A model generated the notes under the pieces. It had not been told where the DNA came from, searched no databases, and saw only the letters and a list, made by a program, of their open reading frames with translations. A program made the position numbers and the translations under genes. From NCBI GenBank assembly GCA_043739185.1, contig JAYUEN010000506.1, positions 1 through 64,000 on the forward strand: a stretch of DNA of 64,000 bases, written 5' to 3'. The stretch's first letter is position 1, and the number at the start of each line of letters is the position of its first letter. Below, piece after piece: positions 20,142 through 28,668 of the stretch. Source of the stretch: Bdellovibrionales bacterium (GTDB lineage Bacteria; Bdellovibrionota; Bdellovibrionia; Bdellovibrionales; JAMPXM01).

Positions 20142-20516
20142 TTATACAAGTTCGTGCCTCGCCGCACGATAATGTAAAATGTAGCGATACCAAGCTCCTT
20201 CAGGCATCAAGGGCTCAACGTGAACTTTCTGTTGCCCCCGACCATTTGAACTGTCACTGCCCCATTGACTTGGATCAAGTGAATTCCACGTTACTGTCCA
20301 GTAAATTGAGTCTGCACCTTGGCGAGTAAAGCTGAGAGAGTACGGCGGATAAGTATCTCCGTTTTCAGGTGAATGCGCTTGTAAGACGAGCATCGAATCA
20401 TCGTTGCTATCAGGTGAGTCTGGCATGGATCCGCCTACTTTTCTCATCACGGCTGCGGCTTCCCATACGTCTATTCCTGGTGGCCTTGGTTCGCTTCCGA
20501 GTCCGCAAAAATGGCC
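20142..20516 (-). pseudogene. Possible fragment of a polysaccharide-lyase/lectin-like beta-sandwich gene
   Basis: Frame opens after a TGA with no signal or RBS; LVLQAH and GAWYRYILHY resemble jelly-roll lyase motifs; looks more GC-rich than neighbours. Confidence 0.35.
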
Positions 20517-20648
20517 TCATCGTAAAAACCCTAAACAAGGGAGTCACGTATAGAATCATAGGGGTCGAGCTAAGTGACTAGCTTTACTTGTTTAAATCCT
20601 TGTTTGCTAAATTGAAAGGGCGGTGCGAACTTTGCTTAAATAAGCTTG

Positions 20649-21854
20649 ATGAATTTTATGCTGGTGCTCCTTTCTATTTTGATTTCTCTCAGCAGTCACG
20701 CGGCACTGGTTGATTTTACCCAAACTGGTGATGACGTCGATTATTTTCGTCGAATCAAGCAACTAGCGCCGGGCGACGAAATTGCATTTTTCTCCGAAGG
20801 AAAATTAAGAATTATTGGCTTAGAAAAGGAGCTTGGCGTGGGCCAGGGTTTTGGTTCAAGGGTCTTTAGCATCAAAGGATCAAACGAAAAACAAATCGTC
20901 AAGATTTCAAAAACTCCCACCCCTCCAACGCCGAACTTCTCACTCATTGCTGAAGCCAGGTCTTTAGAGGCTCATAGGGCAATGGGAATTTTAGCTCCGC
21001 AAGTAGATCTCATTTCAGATCAACAACAGATTTTGGTTAAAGCCTTTGCTCCGGGTGAGCTTGGCACCCGACTCGTTGAAGAAATTGAAAATATGCCCGC
21101 TACTGAAACTCTAAATAGACTTCTGGCTCTTGAAACCTTATTTTCAATTTATGAAGAAAATCTTATTTATCCCACTGACCTTACGCCAAGTAATTTCACC
21201 TTTGTTGAAGACGGCAATCGCGTCGAGGTGTTTGACCCAGGGCCGCTCGCGCGGCGCTCATGGCAAGAGGGAATATCTTATCGCAAGGCTTTGGTTCACT
21301 TTCGCTTCACAGCAATGTCTTTATGGGCCGCAATCTTATATTTTAAATCGATCGATACCGATGTCGACAATCATAAACTCAAATTGCGTATGCAAAATTT
21401 GTTAAGTGAAATGGGTGGTTTTGATACGGCTCATTTTGCAAAGCTCCTTTATTTTGAAAATGACAAAGAGCACCTGCCACTTCGAAAGGCTATCCTAAAA
21501 TCAATGAACTATTTTTCAAAAGAATTTAAATATTTTGAGGGGCCTCAAAGTATTAACTCCGGAGATCTTGAATCTCTCAAAGCTGAACTTGTTAAACGGC
21601 TTTTAGCAACCCAAACTCCAGTGGAGTTTTTAAATTTAAAAAATCGCATCATTAAGTTGAAATTTCCCAATGCAAATGAGATTTTGAATTTAAATTCGGT
21701 ACTTGCGCACTTTTCCAAACTCAATCCAAATAGAGCTGAACAGTTTTTAGGTCGCTTTGAAATGGCTTCGAAGTTCTTAGTGGGCGTAAGAAATATGTTT
21801 TCATTCCCTTCAAATGCTAGTAGTTCGTCTAGCTGTATCGCCTTATTTAATTGA
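20649..21854 (+). CDS. Secreted protein-kinase-like protein with C-terminal CxxLF motif
   Basis: Signal ending SHA; GQGFGSRV loop, IVKISK, alphaC Glu, DLTPSN, FDPG; ends SSSSCIALFN. Confidence 0.75.
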   Translation: MNFMLVLLSILISLSSHAALVDFTQTGDDVDYFRRIKQLAPGDEIAFFSEGKLRIIGLEKELGVGQGFGSRVFSIKGSNEKQIVKISKTPTPPTPNFSLIAEARSLEAHRAMGILAPQVDLISDQQQILVKAFAPGELGTRLVEEIENMPATETLNRLLALETLFSIYEENLIYPTDLTPSNFTFVEDGNRVEVFDPGPLARRSWQEGISYRKALVHFRFTAMSLWAAILYFKSIDTDVDNHKLKLRMQNLLSEMGGFDTAHFAKLLYFENDKEHLPLRKAILKSMNYFSKEFKYFEGPQSINSGDLESLKAELVKRLLATQTPVEFLNLKNRIIKLKFPNANEILNLNSVLAHFSKLNPNRAEQFLGRFEMASKFLVGVRNMFSFPSNASSSSSCIALFN

Positions 21855-21945
21855 TTCTCTACTCGCTCTACGGCCAAATATTTATGAATTTTTGAATAGC
21901 TCCCCATTGTGTAATATCATGAATTCATCTTTACGTAGGATTCAT

Positions 21946-22920
21946 ATGTTTATAAAATTTTTATGTTTTGCATTTTCATTTTTAGTTCCGCTTGTCTGCG
22001 TTGCAGGACAAATTCAAAGCCCGAACGAAAATCTCTCTCGCTATATTAAATCTTATCAGTCGCAGAGCACCCTTCACGGATTTATGGCTGAATTGAAAAA
22101 AATGAGTACTCCTGAATCCTTTGCCCATTTGCAGAAATATGTGGCGGCCTACGACAATGCGAAACTAATCAAAGTCCAATTTGACGGCAATTCAACTGTG
22201 AGCTTCGAAATTAACGGTCAAAAAAATCAAATTAAATTTGCTTCAATAGATGACAGCAAAATAAGCGTTAACGGTAAAAACTTAAGCTTTTCAAGTCATC
22301 AGACCTTCGAAGAACGATGGAACAATCTTCTTAAACTTTTAGAAACAAAAACAGAAGATCGCAATGCTCTTCTAGAAATGATAATCCCCTCTGCGAATGC
22401 CGAGGAAGCCCCTGCGGCCAATATTGCTGGCCCTCCTATTTCGGTTACCGGTGCTGCGATGCTAACTGACTTTGAGAAAGCGTGGAAAATTAAAAAAACC
22501 ATCGTGCCTTTGGGCATTTTTGCTTTAGGCGAAAATTTTATAAATGATGGCGTTTGCAAGTCTATGCAAGACGACCTCCCCGAATGCTTCAAGTTAGAGG
22601 AAGACATTGTATTATTGCTATCTGCTTTCCCTGAGAGAGAAATGGCTAGTAAAAAGGATTTAGAAGTTCCTCATTGTGCACAAGGAAACGAAAGGCCCCT
22701 TATTGACAAAGACGCAACCGAAAATTTCTCTAAGTCTTTTCGCGGCCTCGCAAATCGCGACCAAGAGCTCTCTCAAAGAGTTTCAAGCTGTGAAGGAAGT
22801 CTAAAAGGCGATCTCAATGAATGCCTTTCGAGTATCGGAACAGCATTAAAGTATCTGTGTGTTGATCTCGAAAAGAAGAATATCAAAAGTCTGACAAGAA
22901 TTCCCGCAAGTACAAAGTGA
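21946..22920 (+). CDS. Secreted two-part protein: N-terminal leader domain, internal IIPSANA site, six-Cys domain
   Basis: AGGA RBS before ATG 21946; signal peptide; C-terminal domain homologous to 1379..1945. Confidence 0.85.
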   Translation: MFIKFLCFAFSFLVPLVCVAGQIQSPNENLSRYIKSYQSQSTLHGFMAELKKMSTPESFAHLQKYVAAYDNAKLIKVQFDGNSTVSFEINGQKNQIKFASIDDSKISVNGKNLSFSSHQTFEERWNNLLKLLETKTEDRNALLEMIIPSANAEEAPAANIAGPPISVTGAAMLTDFEKAWKIKKTIVPLGIFALGENFINDGVCKSMQDDLPECFKLEEDIVLLLSAFPEREMASKKDLEVPHCAQGNERPLIDKDATENFSKSFRGLANRDQELSQRVSSCEGSLKGDLNECLSSIGTALKYLCVDLEKKNIKSLTRIPASTK

Positions 22921-22948
22921 TTTTTGAAGTCGATATGACTTCAAGCCT

Positions 22949-23116
22949 TGAAAAACTCAGCGTCAGGCATTCCGAATTCAGTCAACAGCAGCTGATCCGA
23001 AAGCAGAGTCTGTACACCGAAACTGGCAAGCGGTTGACTACCGCTGCTGCCGTTAAAACTGACTTATCCCCGCTCTGGCTAAGGCTTAGCCAGCGATAAC
23101 TCCTTTTTGGTCACTC
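22949..23116 (+). repeat. Dispersed structured intergenic repeat, copy B
   Basis: Aligns to the reverse complement of 14650..14838; contains CTGGCTAAG-G-CTTAGCCAG hairpin (23075-23093). Confidence 0.7.
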
Positions 23117-23278
23117 CCAATTTTTGGCACCTATTTCAATAAAAAACGATTTTGAATAAGGCTTAAGACAGAGCCTTTCCGTCCTAATTTCAGGTGCTTG
23201 CGCGATATTTCAAGGCTTGCTTTCTATAAGCCTTAGGCACATTCCTTGAAGTTACTAGTATTTAGGATCGAGGTATTC

Positions 23279-24550
23279 GTGGGTCTTTGGGCCAAAATCG
23301 CTTTTGCAGTCTTCACTTTCGCCGTGTGCGGTAGTCGGCCTGCCATTGCTCAAAGCTCAATGCAATTTTCATATTTGCCCCCTGGCTTCACTCCTGGCGC
23401 AAGTTTATTTCATGAAAATTCAAATACGAATGATTCAAAAACCGAACTCAAATTAGATTCCCTCGAAAATTCAAACGGCAATACATCTAAAATGAAGTAT
23501 CAGCCGAGTCTATTTTCTTCAAAGAATTTTGAGTTGGAATATTCTTTGATCATGCTTGGCCTCGAACAAGAATCGGCTTACGAAAGCTATCAAATTCTTT
23601 CGTTTCGAATTTACTCAACGATGAAGTATCGAATTTCCGAAGACTTTGTTCTGTTTGTTGAACCATATATTATTTTTCGTACAGGCGCAGATCAAGAAAC
23701 CGATGGCAATTCACACAACGGAACTGTTTTTTTTCCAAAGGATGCTTCGCTCATTTGGACACCTCTCAAATGGTGGCAAGTGCGCGGTGGAATTTTAGAT
23801 CAAAATTATGTGCACAGTTTTTTGATGACTGAAGATCAAGCTTTTCCTGGCGTGCGCTCAAGCCTGTATTTAGGCGCTAAAGATTTCGGTACATCCCTAT
23901 TAGCCGAGCAATCTATTTTGACTTATTCATCTAATACGAGTTCTACAAATCAACTTGAAAAAACTCCGACGCTTGAGTCTGCAGCAATTGAATCTCATTA
24001 TAGTTTCAATCGCTCTAATCGAATTAAATTGTCCGCCGGCTATTGGCAATATGATAATCTTCCCTCCTCACTTGCGGCTTTGGCGATGCTCGGCGGAAAT
24101 ACCGTGAATCGAACATCTGATACCTATTCAGTTTTTGCTTATCAATTCAAAGGCGCTGAACTCAGATCACGCCTTGAACTGGGGCTCGGCCCAATTGATC
24201 TCAATCTCTATTCGGAAGGTCTTTACAATGAAGCCGCTCCAAAAGGGCTTAATATCGCCTGGAGCGCTGGCTCCGAACTCAGTTTACGAAGCACTCAAAA
24301 TAGAAAATATGGAATCAACTTTGAATATTTTCATGTCGAGCCAGATGCCGCGGTTTCAGCTTATAATTCAGTCGAATTTGATCGTAGCAATCGCAATGGC
24401 ATCATGGTCATGCCCTACTTCAAGTGGGGAAAAAAGCAAAACAAGCTAAGCTTACGATATGTTCAAAGTAGCCTCATCTATAATAATGCACCTCAGAGTG
24501 AAGTGACCCAGTTTCGTTTAAGATGGGAGACCGATTATGATCTCCTTTAG
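23279..24550 (+). CDS. Outer-membrane beta-barrel (putative porin)
   Basis: GAGG RBS before GTG 23279, signal ending AIA, amphipathic aromatic beta-strands throughout. Confidence 0.75.
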   Translation: MGLWAKIAFAVFTFAVCGSRPAIAQSSMQFSYLPPGFTPGASLFHENSNTNDSKTELKLDSLENSNGNTSKMKYQPSLFSSKNFELEYSLIMLGLEQESAYESYQILSFRIYSTMKYRISEDFVLFVEPYIIFRTGADQETDGNSHNGTVFFPKDASLIWTPLKWWQVRGGILDQNYVHSFLMTEDQAFPGVRSSLYLGAKDFGTSLLAEQSILTYSSNTSSTNQLEKTPTLESAAIESHYSFNRSNRIKLSAGYWQYDNLPSSLAALAMLGGNTVNRTSDTYSVFAYQFKGAELRSRLELGLGPIDLNLYSEGLYNEAAPKGLNIAWSAGSELSLRSTQNRKYGINFEYFHVEPDAAVSAYNSVEFDRSNRNGIMVMPYFKWGKKQNKLSLRYVQSSLIYNNAPQSEVTQFRLRWETDYDLL

Positions 24551-27500
24551 AATCTTAAAATCAGTTTTGGCACTTTCGACCCTTTTCGGTCTCTTGGGTT
24601 GCTTCCCAAAATCCCAAGACAGGCCCGATGAAACAAATGGCGGCAATGCCAATTTCGCCGTCTCTGCGGTCAGTGGTACTATAGGTGGCTCTCGAAATAT
24701 CGGTGACTTTCCTCTCCCAGGAGAAAAGACCTATAATTTCAAAGCTTGCTTGATCGATTTTAGCCGGCGAACAAATATTCCGAATGCCAAGTTTTTAATA
24801 AAAGAAATCGAACAAGAGATTGTAACTGATGCACAAGGCTGTCTCAATTGGCCCGAAAGTATTAAGTTTAATTATCTTGCCGATTCGATTTGGATCAAAA
24901 TGACTCGAACCCTAGTCGCAAGAGGCTTGCAGCGCGGGTCTCGCCCAATTCATTTTGCAATCAATCCTTGGTCACACGGAGAGAACTTAGCTGAGGTTTT
25001 AGATCTTTCAAAACAAAGTACACCTTACTTACTTGATAATGAAAGAGAAATCGCCCTTCGTCTCGAAGGAAAAGATGCCGGCAACAATGTGAAAGCACGA
25101 AATGTTTGGGTTGAGAATGGCGAACTCAATGTCACCAATGGCAAGCTCATCGGACGCTCTTACTCCTGGCATGATCAGATTTTTTTAAAGCCGCAAATTT
25201 TATTTACTAAAACAGATGCAACTCCCGTTTTAGTACCTATTCTTCATGGCAGTTTCAGAGTTGAAATCAGTTTGATTTCAGAAGATGTCAAAAATCAAAA
25301 AATTCAAAGGGACGTTTTGGCCCAACAGATTATCAACAAGGTTGAACTTGCAAATCAGACGCTTATGTTAGACGTGGATTTCATATTGAAGAAAGTCCCC
25401 ACCAGTGGGCAAGCCATTTTGGGTGTGAAGTTGATTCCTCTTGGTGCTCCCGAGGGGCTTCATCCTTTTGAGGGCGTCTTCCCATTGGGAAATTTTCAAG
25501 CCTTTACGCAATCAACCTCTCTCAAAATTAGCGAAGTGGTGGCTCGACAAAATGCGAAGGGACAATTTTCTTTGAATCAGTTTGTCGGCGGCAAAAATGC
25601 AAATTTAAACTCGACTCAGGTTAATTCGCAGGGAACCGGATCTTTTTCAAATAACCATATGGAGTCCGCCGGAGTTTTTGTAGAACACTTTCGTATTGAT
25701 GACTTTAAAATCGTAAGTGAAACCACTCTCAAAAAGATTTGGAGCTATCGAATTCACGCTTGTCTTACGAGTACAATCGCAAATATCGGACTGACCCATC
25801 AAGATTTCAAAGTGCAAATTTCAAATGAGGACGGCCAAGTTTTAGAATCTAAGACCGTCACCACCGAACATGATTCGTGTTTTTATTTTGAAGCACGTAC
25901 TCAAGAGTTTGATCAAAACGAATGCCATCACTATTTGAAGACCTCTATTCAAATCACCAATACAGACCTACTTATGAATGAGACCGAATCTATTCTCATC
26001 AATCCGTGGATGGAAAAAGCAATTGATTTGCGAGCTGCACAAGACGCAAGTCAGTATTCGACGACTTGTCAAAATAAATCAGACAATCTCATCTTTTTAA
26101 AAACTATGATGCTTCAACGAATCTCTTATCGCCCGCAAGTTCTAGATAAGAGTTTACAGATTTCTCAACATGGAGTTTATCAAATCACCATGGGAGATTC
26201 AGGAATTAAAGATCCAAGCAATGAGCACACTGGCTTGGTTGCCCTTCCCAAGGCTTTTCCCGACGGGAAATATCTATTGAGACTTGCCTTTGTTCGCTCT
26301 TCAGATGTCAGACCCGATCATGGATACGTCACTCATTCAGACGTCGTGATGACTGCTGATGGCGGAACCCTTCAAGGAATAATGGATGTCGATATTAAAG
26401 ATTTGCAATCTACTATGGTAAGAAAAATGGTGATTGCTCAGCTTTTTCCTATTAAAATGGATCTGATTAAAGAAGTGAACTGGCACGCCCGAAATTTTAA
26501 TTTTGAAACTTTAATTGATAGTGATAGCAAACTCATTTCGCCTGCCTATTTTGCCAGTACTGTCGTTTTAGGTAATCCGGGTGCGCCCATTTATCTCAAT
26601 CGCAATTTGAGCGATTTCCCCACTCTAGCTGATATCATAACAAAGGGTTTTAAGGCTGAACAGGTATCAAGCTCATTGATTAAAGATATTGTAAATGCGG
26701 GAGAGACCGCGCAATCAGCTCTCATAGGGAAAAACTCTTTTAAAGAAAACGACCCACAAGCCTGGGCCGATTGGGCAAAAAAGCAAAACTTAGAGCTCTT
26801 TTGGCTACAAGACAAAGCTTCGCTTGAAAAGTCCAAGCAGTCTCTTCGTATTGTTGGCGACGCAAAAGCCGAACTGCAAGAATTAATTGATATCGACCGA
26901 CTCGACGCCAAGTGGGCCTTACAGTTTTGCAAGATTTTGCGAAACGATGTTTGGAAGAACCTGATTGATACCAAGTCGCTTTTTTATTTGACCTCGCGCT
27001 TGAGTAGCCATGACTCTTTTATGCAAACTTGCCAAGATCTCATCAAAGAAAATCCGAATGCATTCATACGCAAAACCAATGTGTATCGAGTGCTTCATAT
27101 GATGGGTCCGGGCGTGATGAATCCAGCCAATCTAGCAATTTCAAATTTGAGTGTCTCGAGCGGTTATGGTTTTACAACTGGTCACACCGAACTCGATGGC
27201 ACGCAATCAAGCTTATCTATTTCCGCCGGAATTTCTGGTACCATCGGCAAATTTTTTACCGCCGGATTCGGCGGCAGTTATGGCTCCCTACATATGGAGA
27301 CCGATGATCGCAATCGACACAGCACCACCGATTTGGGAACATCTGTTTCTCTGGGCGTTACACGGTGGCAATTCGATTTGCCGGTTGATCGCTACCAACG
27401 CTGTAGTTTATTAAGAGTAAATCCAAATGTATTTCTCTATAAATCGACAACCTCTAGAACTGGCCTCTTGAGTTTCGAATACAATAAAATGTTACTCCGA

Positions 27501-27938
27501 AAATATGTTGATCGCGCCAAATTATTTAAATTAAGCGAAGAAGAAAATCCTTTTACACATGGCTGGATGATTTGTTCAGATCAAATTTTAACAAACCCAG
27601 TCAATTTGCCTGAAACATACTATATGATATCGCAAAGCAATGCTGACTCTGAGAGCTTTGATTCTTTTGACGGAATCAATCGTAGATTTTTCCTTCCTCT
27701 ACGTGGCACTTCAGATATGGCTCGCTTTAAATCCGTCATGTGTGAATCTCGAAACTATCCTGATTCGGGTGAATTGACAGATGAAACGGTTTCGGATCTT
27801 GCTGCCCAGATTTCACCGCTTATAAGAAGGATGGATTCTGGACCATCATTGATAATTTACGATCCGAACTTTAAACTGCCAAAAACCAAAGGCGACGAAT
27901 CGACTTGGCTACCAAAGAAAGAAGAAGAAATTAAGTAA
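24537..27938 (+). CDS. Large (1133 aa) lipoprotein of unknown function
   Basis: LLGC lipobox, GGAG RBS inside the upstream gene (overlap), two related KAC/HAC...TD..GC..INPW modules. Confidence 0.88.
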   Translation: MISFRILKSVLALSTLFGLLGCFPKSQDRPDETNGGNANFAVSAVSGTIGGSRNIGDFPLPGEKTYNFKACLIDFSRRTNIPNAKFLIKEIEQEIVTDAQGCLNWPESIKFNYLADSIWIKMTRTLVARGLQRGSRPIHFAINPWSHGENLAEVLDLSKQSTPYLLDNEREIALRLEGKDAGNNVKARNVWVENGELNVTNGKLIGRSYSWHDQIFLKPQILFTKTDATPVLVPILHGSFRVEISLISEDVKNQKIQRDVLAQQIINKVELANQTLMLDVDFILKKVPTSGQAILGVKLIPLGAPEGLHPFEGVFPLGNFQAFTQSTSLKISEVVARQNAKGQFSLNQFVGGKNANLNSTQVNSQGTGSFSNNHMESAGVFVEHFRIDDFKIVSETTLKKIWSYRIHACLTSTIANIGLTHQDFKVQISNEDGQVLESKTVTTEHDSCFYFEARTQEFDQNECHHYLKTSIQITNTDLLMNETESILINPWMEKAIDLRAAQDASQYSTTCQNKSDNLIFLKTMMLQRISYRPQVLDKSLQISQHGVYQITMGDSGIKDPSNEHTGLVALPKAFPDGKYLLRLAFVRSSDVRPDHGYVTHSDVVMTADGGTLQGIMDVDIKDLQSTMVRKMVIAQLFPIKMDLIKEVNWHARNFNFETLIDSDSKLISPAYFASTVVLGNPGAPIYLNRNLSDFPTLADIITKGFKAEQVSSSLIKDIVNAGETAQSALIGKNSFKENDPQAWADWAKKQNLELFWLQDKASLEKSKQSLRIVGDAKAELQELIDIDRLDAKWALQFCKILRNDVWKNLIDTKSLFYLTSRLSSHDSFMQTCQDLIKENPNAFIRKTNVYRVLHMMGPGVMNPANLAISNLSVSSGYGFTTGHTELDGTQSSLSISAGISGTIGKFFTAGFGGSYGSLHMETDDRNRHSTTDLGTSVSLGVTRWQFDLPVDRYQRCSLLRVNPNVFLYKSTTSRTGLLSFEYNKMLLRKYVDRAKLFKLSEEENPFTHGWMICSDQILTNPVNLPETYYMISQSNADSESFDSFDGINRRFFLPLRGTSDMARFKSVMCESRNYPDSGELTDETVSDLAAQISPLIRRMDSGPSLIIYDPNFKLPKTKGDESTWLPKKEEEIK

Positions 27939-28506
27939 ATACGGCCTGCGATAGTTCGAATGTATGTTGTCGAACATCCTTTGGCCAACTTTCAATATGA
28001 ATCCGAAATTTTTCAAGATCTCTTTTGTATAGTGCTCGCAAAGCCTCCTCGAAGCCATTGAGATCACCCGCAATCACGGACATAAATTTGTAAGTTCTGT
28101 CTTGCGCCTGTTTGATTGAAACTTGCGTACCCTCTTTTTTTCTCGCCTCTTCAATGAGCCTGCGAATTGTTGCGGATGCGCCGCCACTTTGCGTGGCCAA
28201 CCATTCCCAATGCCGTGGTAAAAGCGAAATTTCTCGCGAAACGACACCTAACTTCGGTCGACCTGGACCCTGACTTTCGATTGAGTCTTTACTCCCAATA
28301 TAAACTTCAAGGCGCTTCAATAACTCTCTTTCACTACCTTGAAAATTGAAGTCAAATAATTTTCCTGTCGAATCGCTGAAAATAAGGATGTGGCAATTGT
28401 CTGCTTTGCCTAACCGCTTTTTGGTTTTAATAATCACCTGATCGAGTGTTCCTCGATAGAGTACTCGACCTTGCTCAAACGCCGTATACAAATGTGGACT
28501 CGCCAT
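27931..28506 (-). CDS. DUF2239 family protein (probable DNA-binding)
   Basis: GPGRPKLGVVSREISLLPRHWEWLATQSGGASATIRRL and AGDL.GFEEA.RALY; GGAGG RBS before ATG 28506. Confidence 0.9.
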   Translation of the reverse strand: MASPHLYTAFEQGRVLYRGTLDQVIIKTKKRLGKADNCHILIFSDSTGKLFDFNFQGSERELLKRLEVYIGSKDSIESQGPGRPKLGVVSREISLLPRHWEWLATQSGGASATIRRLIEEARKKEGTQVSIKQAQDRTYKFMSVIAGDLNGFEEALRALYKRDLEKFRIHIESWPKDVRQHTFELSQAVFT

Positions 28507-28525
28507 TGGCCCTCCTGCCATTTGT

Positions 28526-28570
28526 GTTTTACCCGGGTAAATTTAAAATGTCAATATCACCCGGGGAAAA
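28526..28570 (-). promoter_or_regulatory. sigma70 promoter with two ACCCGGG operator palindromes
   Basis: TTGACA (28554-28549)-17 nt-TAAAAC (28531-28526); TTTACCCGGGTAAA at 28528-28541 and TCACCCGGGGAAAA at 28557-28570. Confidence 0.7.
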
Positions 28571-28668
28571 TAGTCTGGACCGGACTTTTCGCTAGCGGGT
28601 TTTAAGATGTTTGAACTGCCGGAACTTAATGTTTAATTCATTGAGAAATACTTGAAATTCATAGAGAA

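Noticed and set aside
20142..20519. TGA recoding suggested by frames opening right after TGA (here and at 2528)
   Set aside because: Core genes such as tsf, frr and uppS end at TGA at their expected lengths, so the standard code applies
22980..23060. Integron attC site (GTCAAC...GTTAAAA)
   Set aside because: Copy A lacks the terminal GTT in the same orientation, the L-box geometry is not evident, and there is no integron integrase in the window
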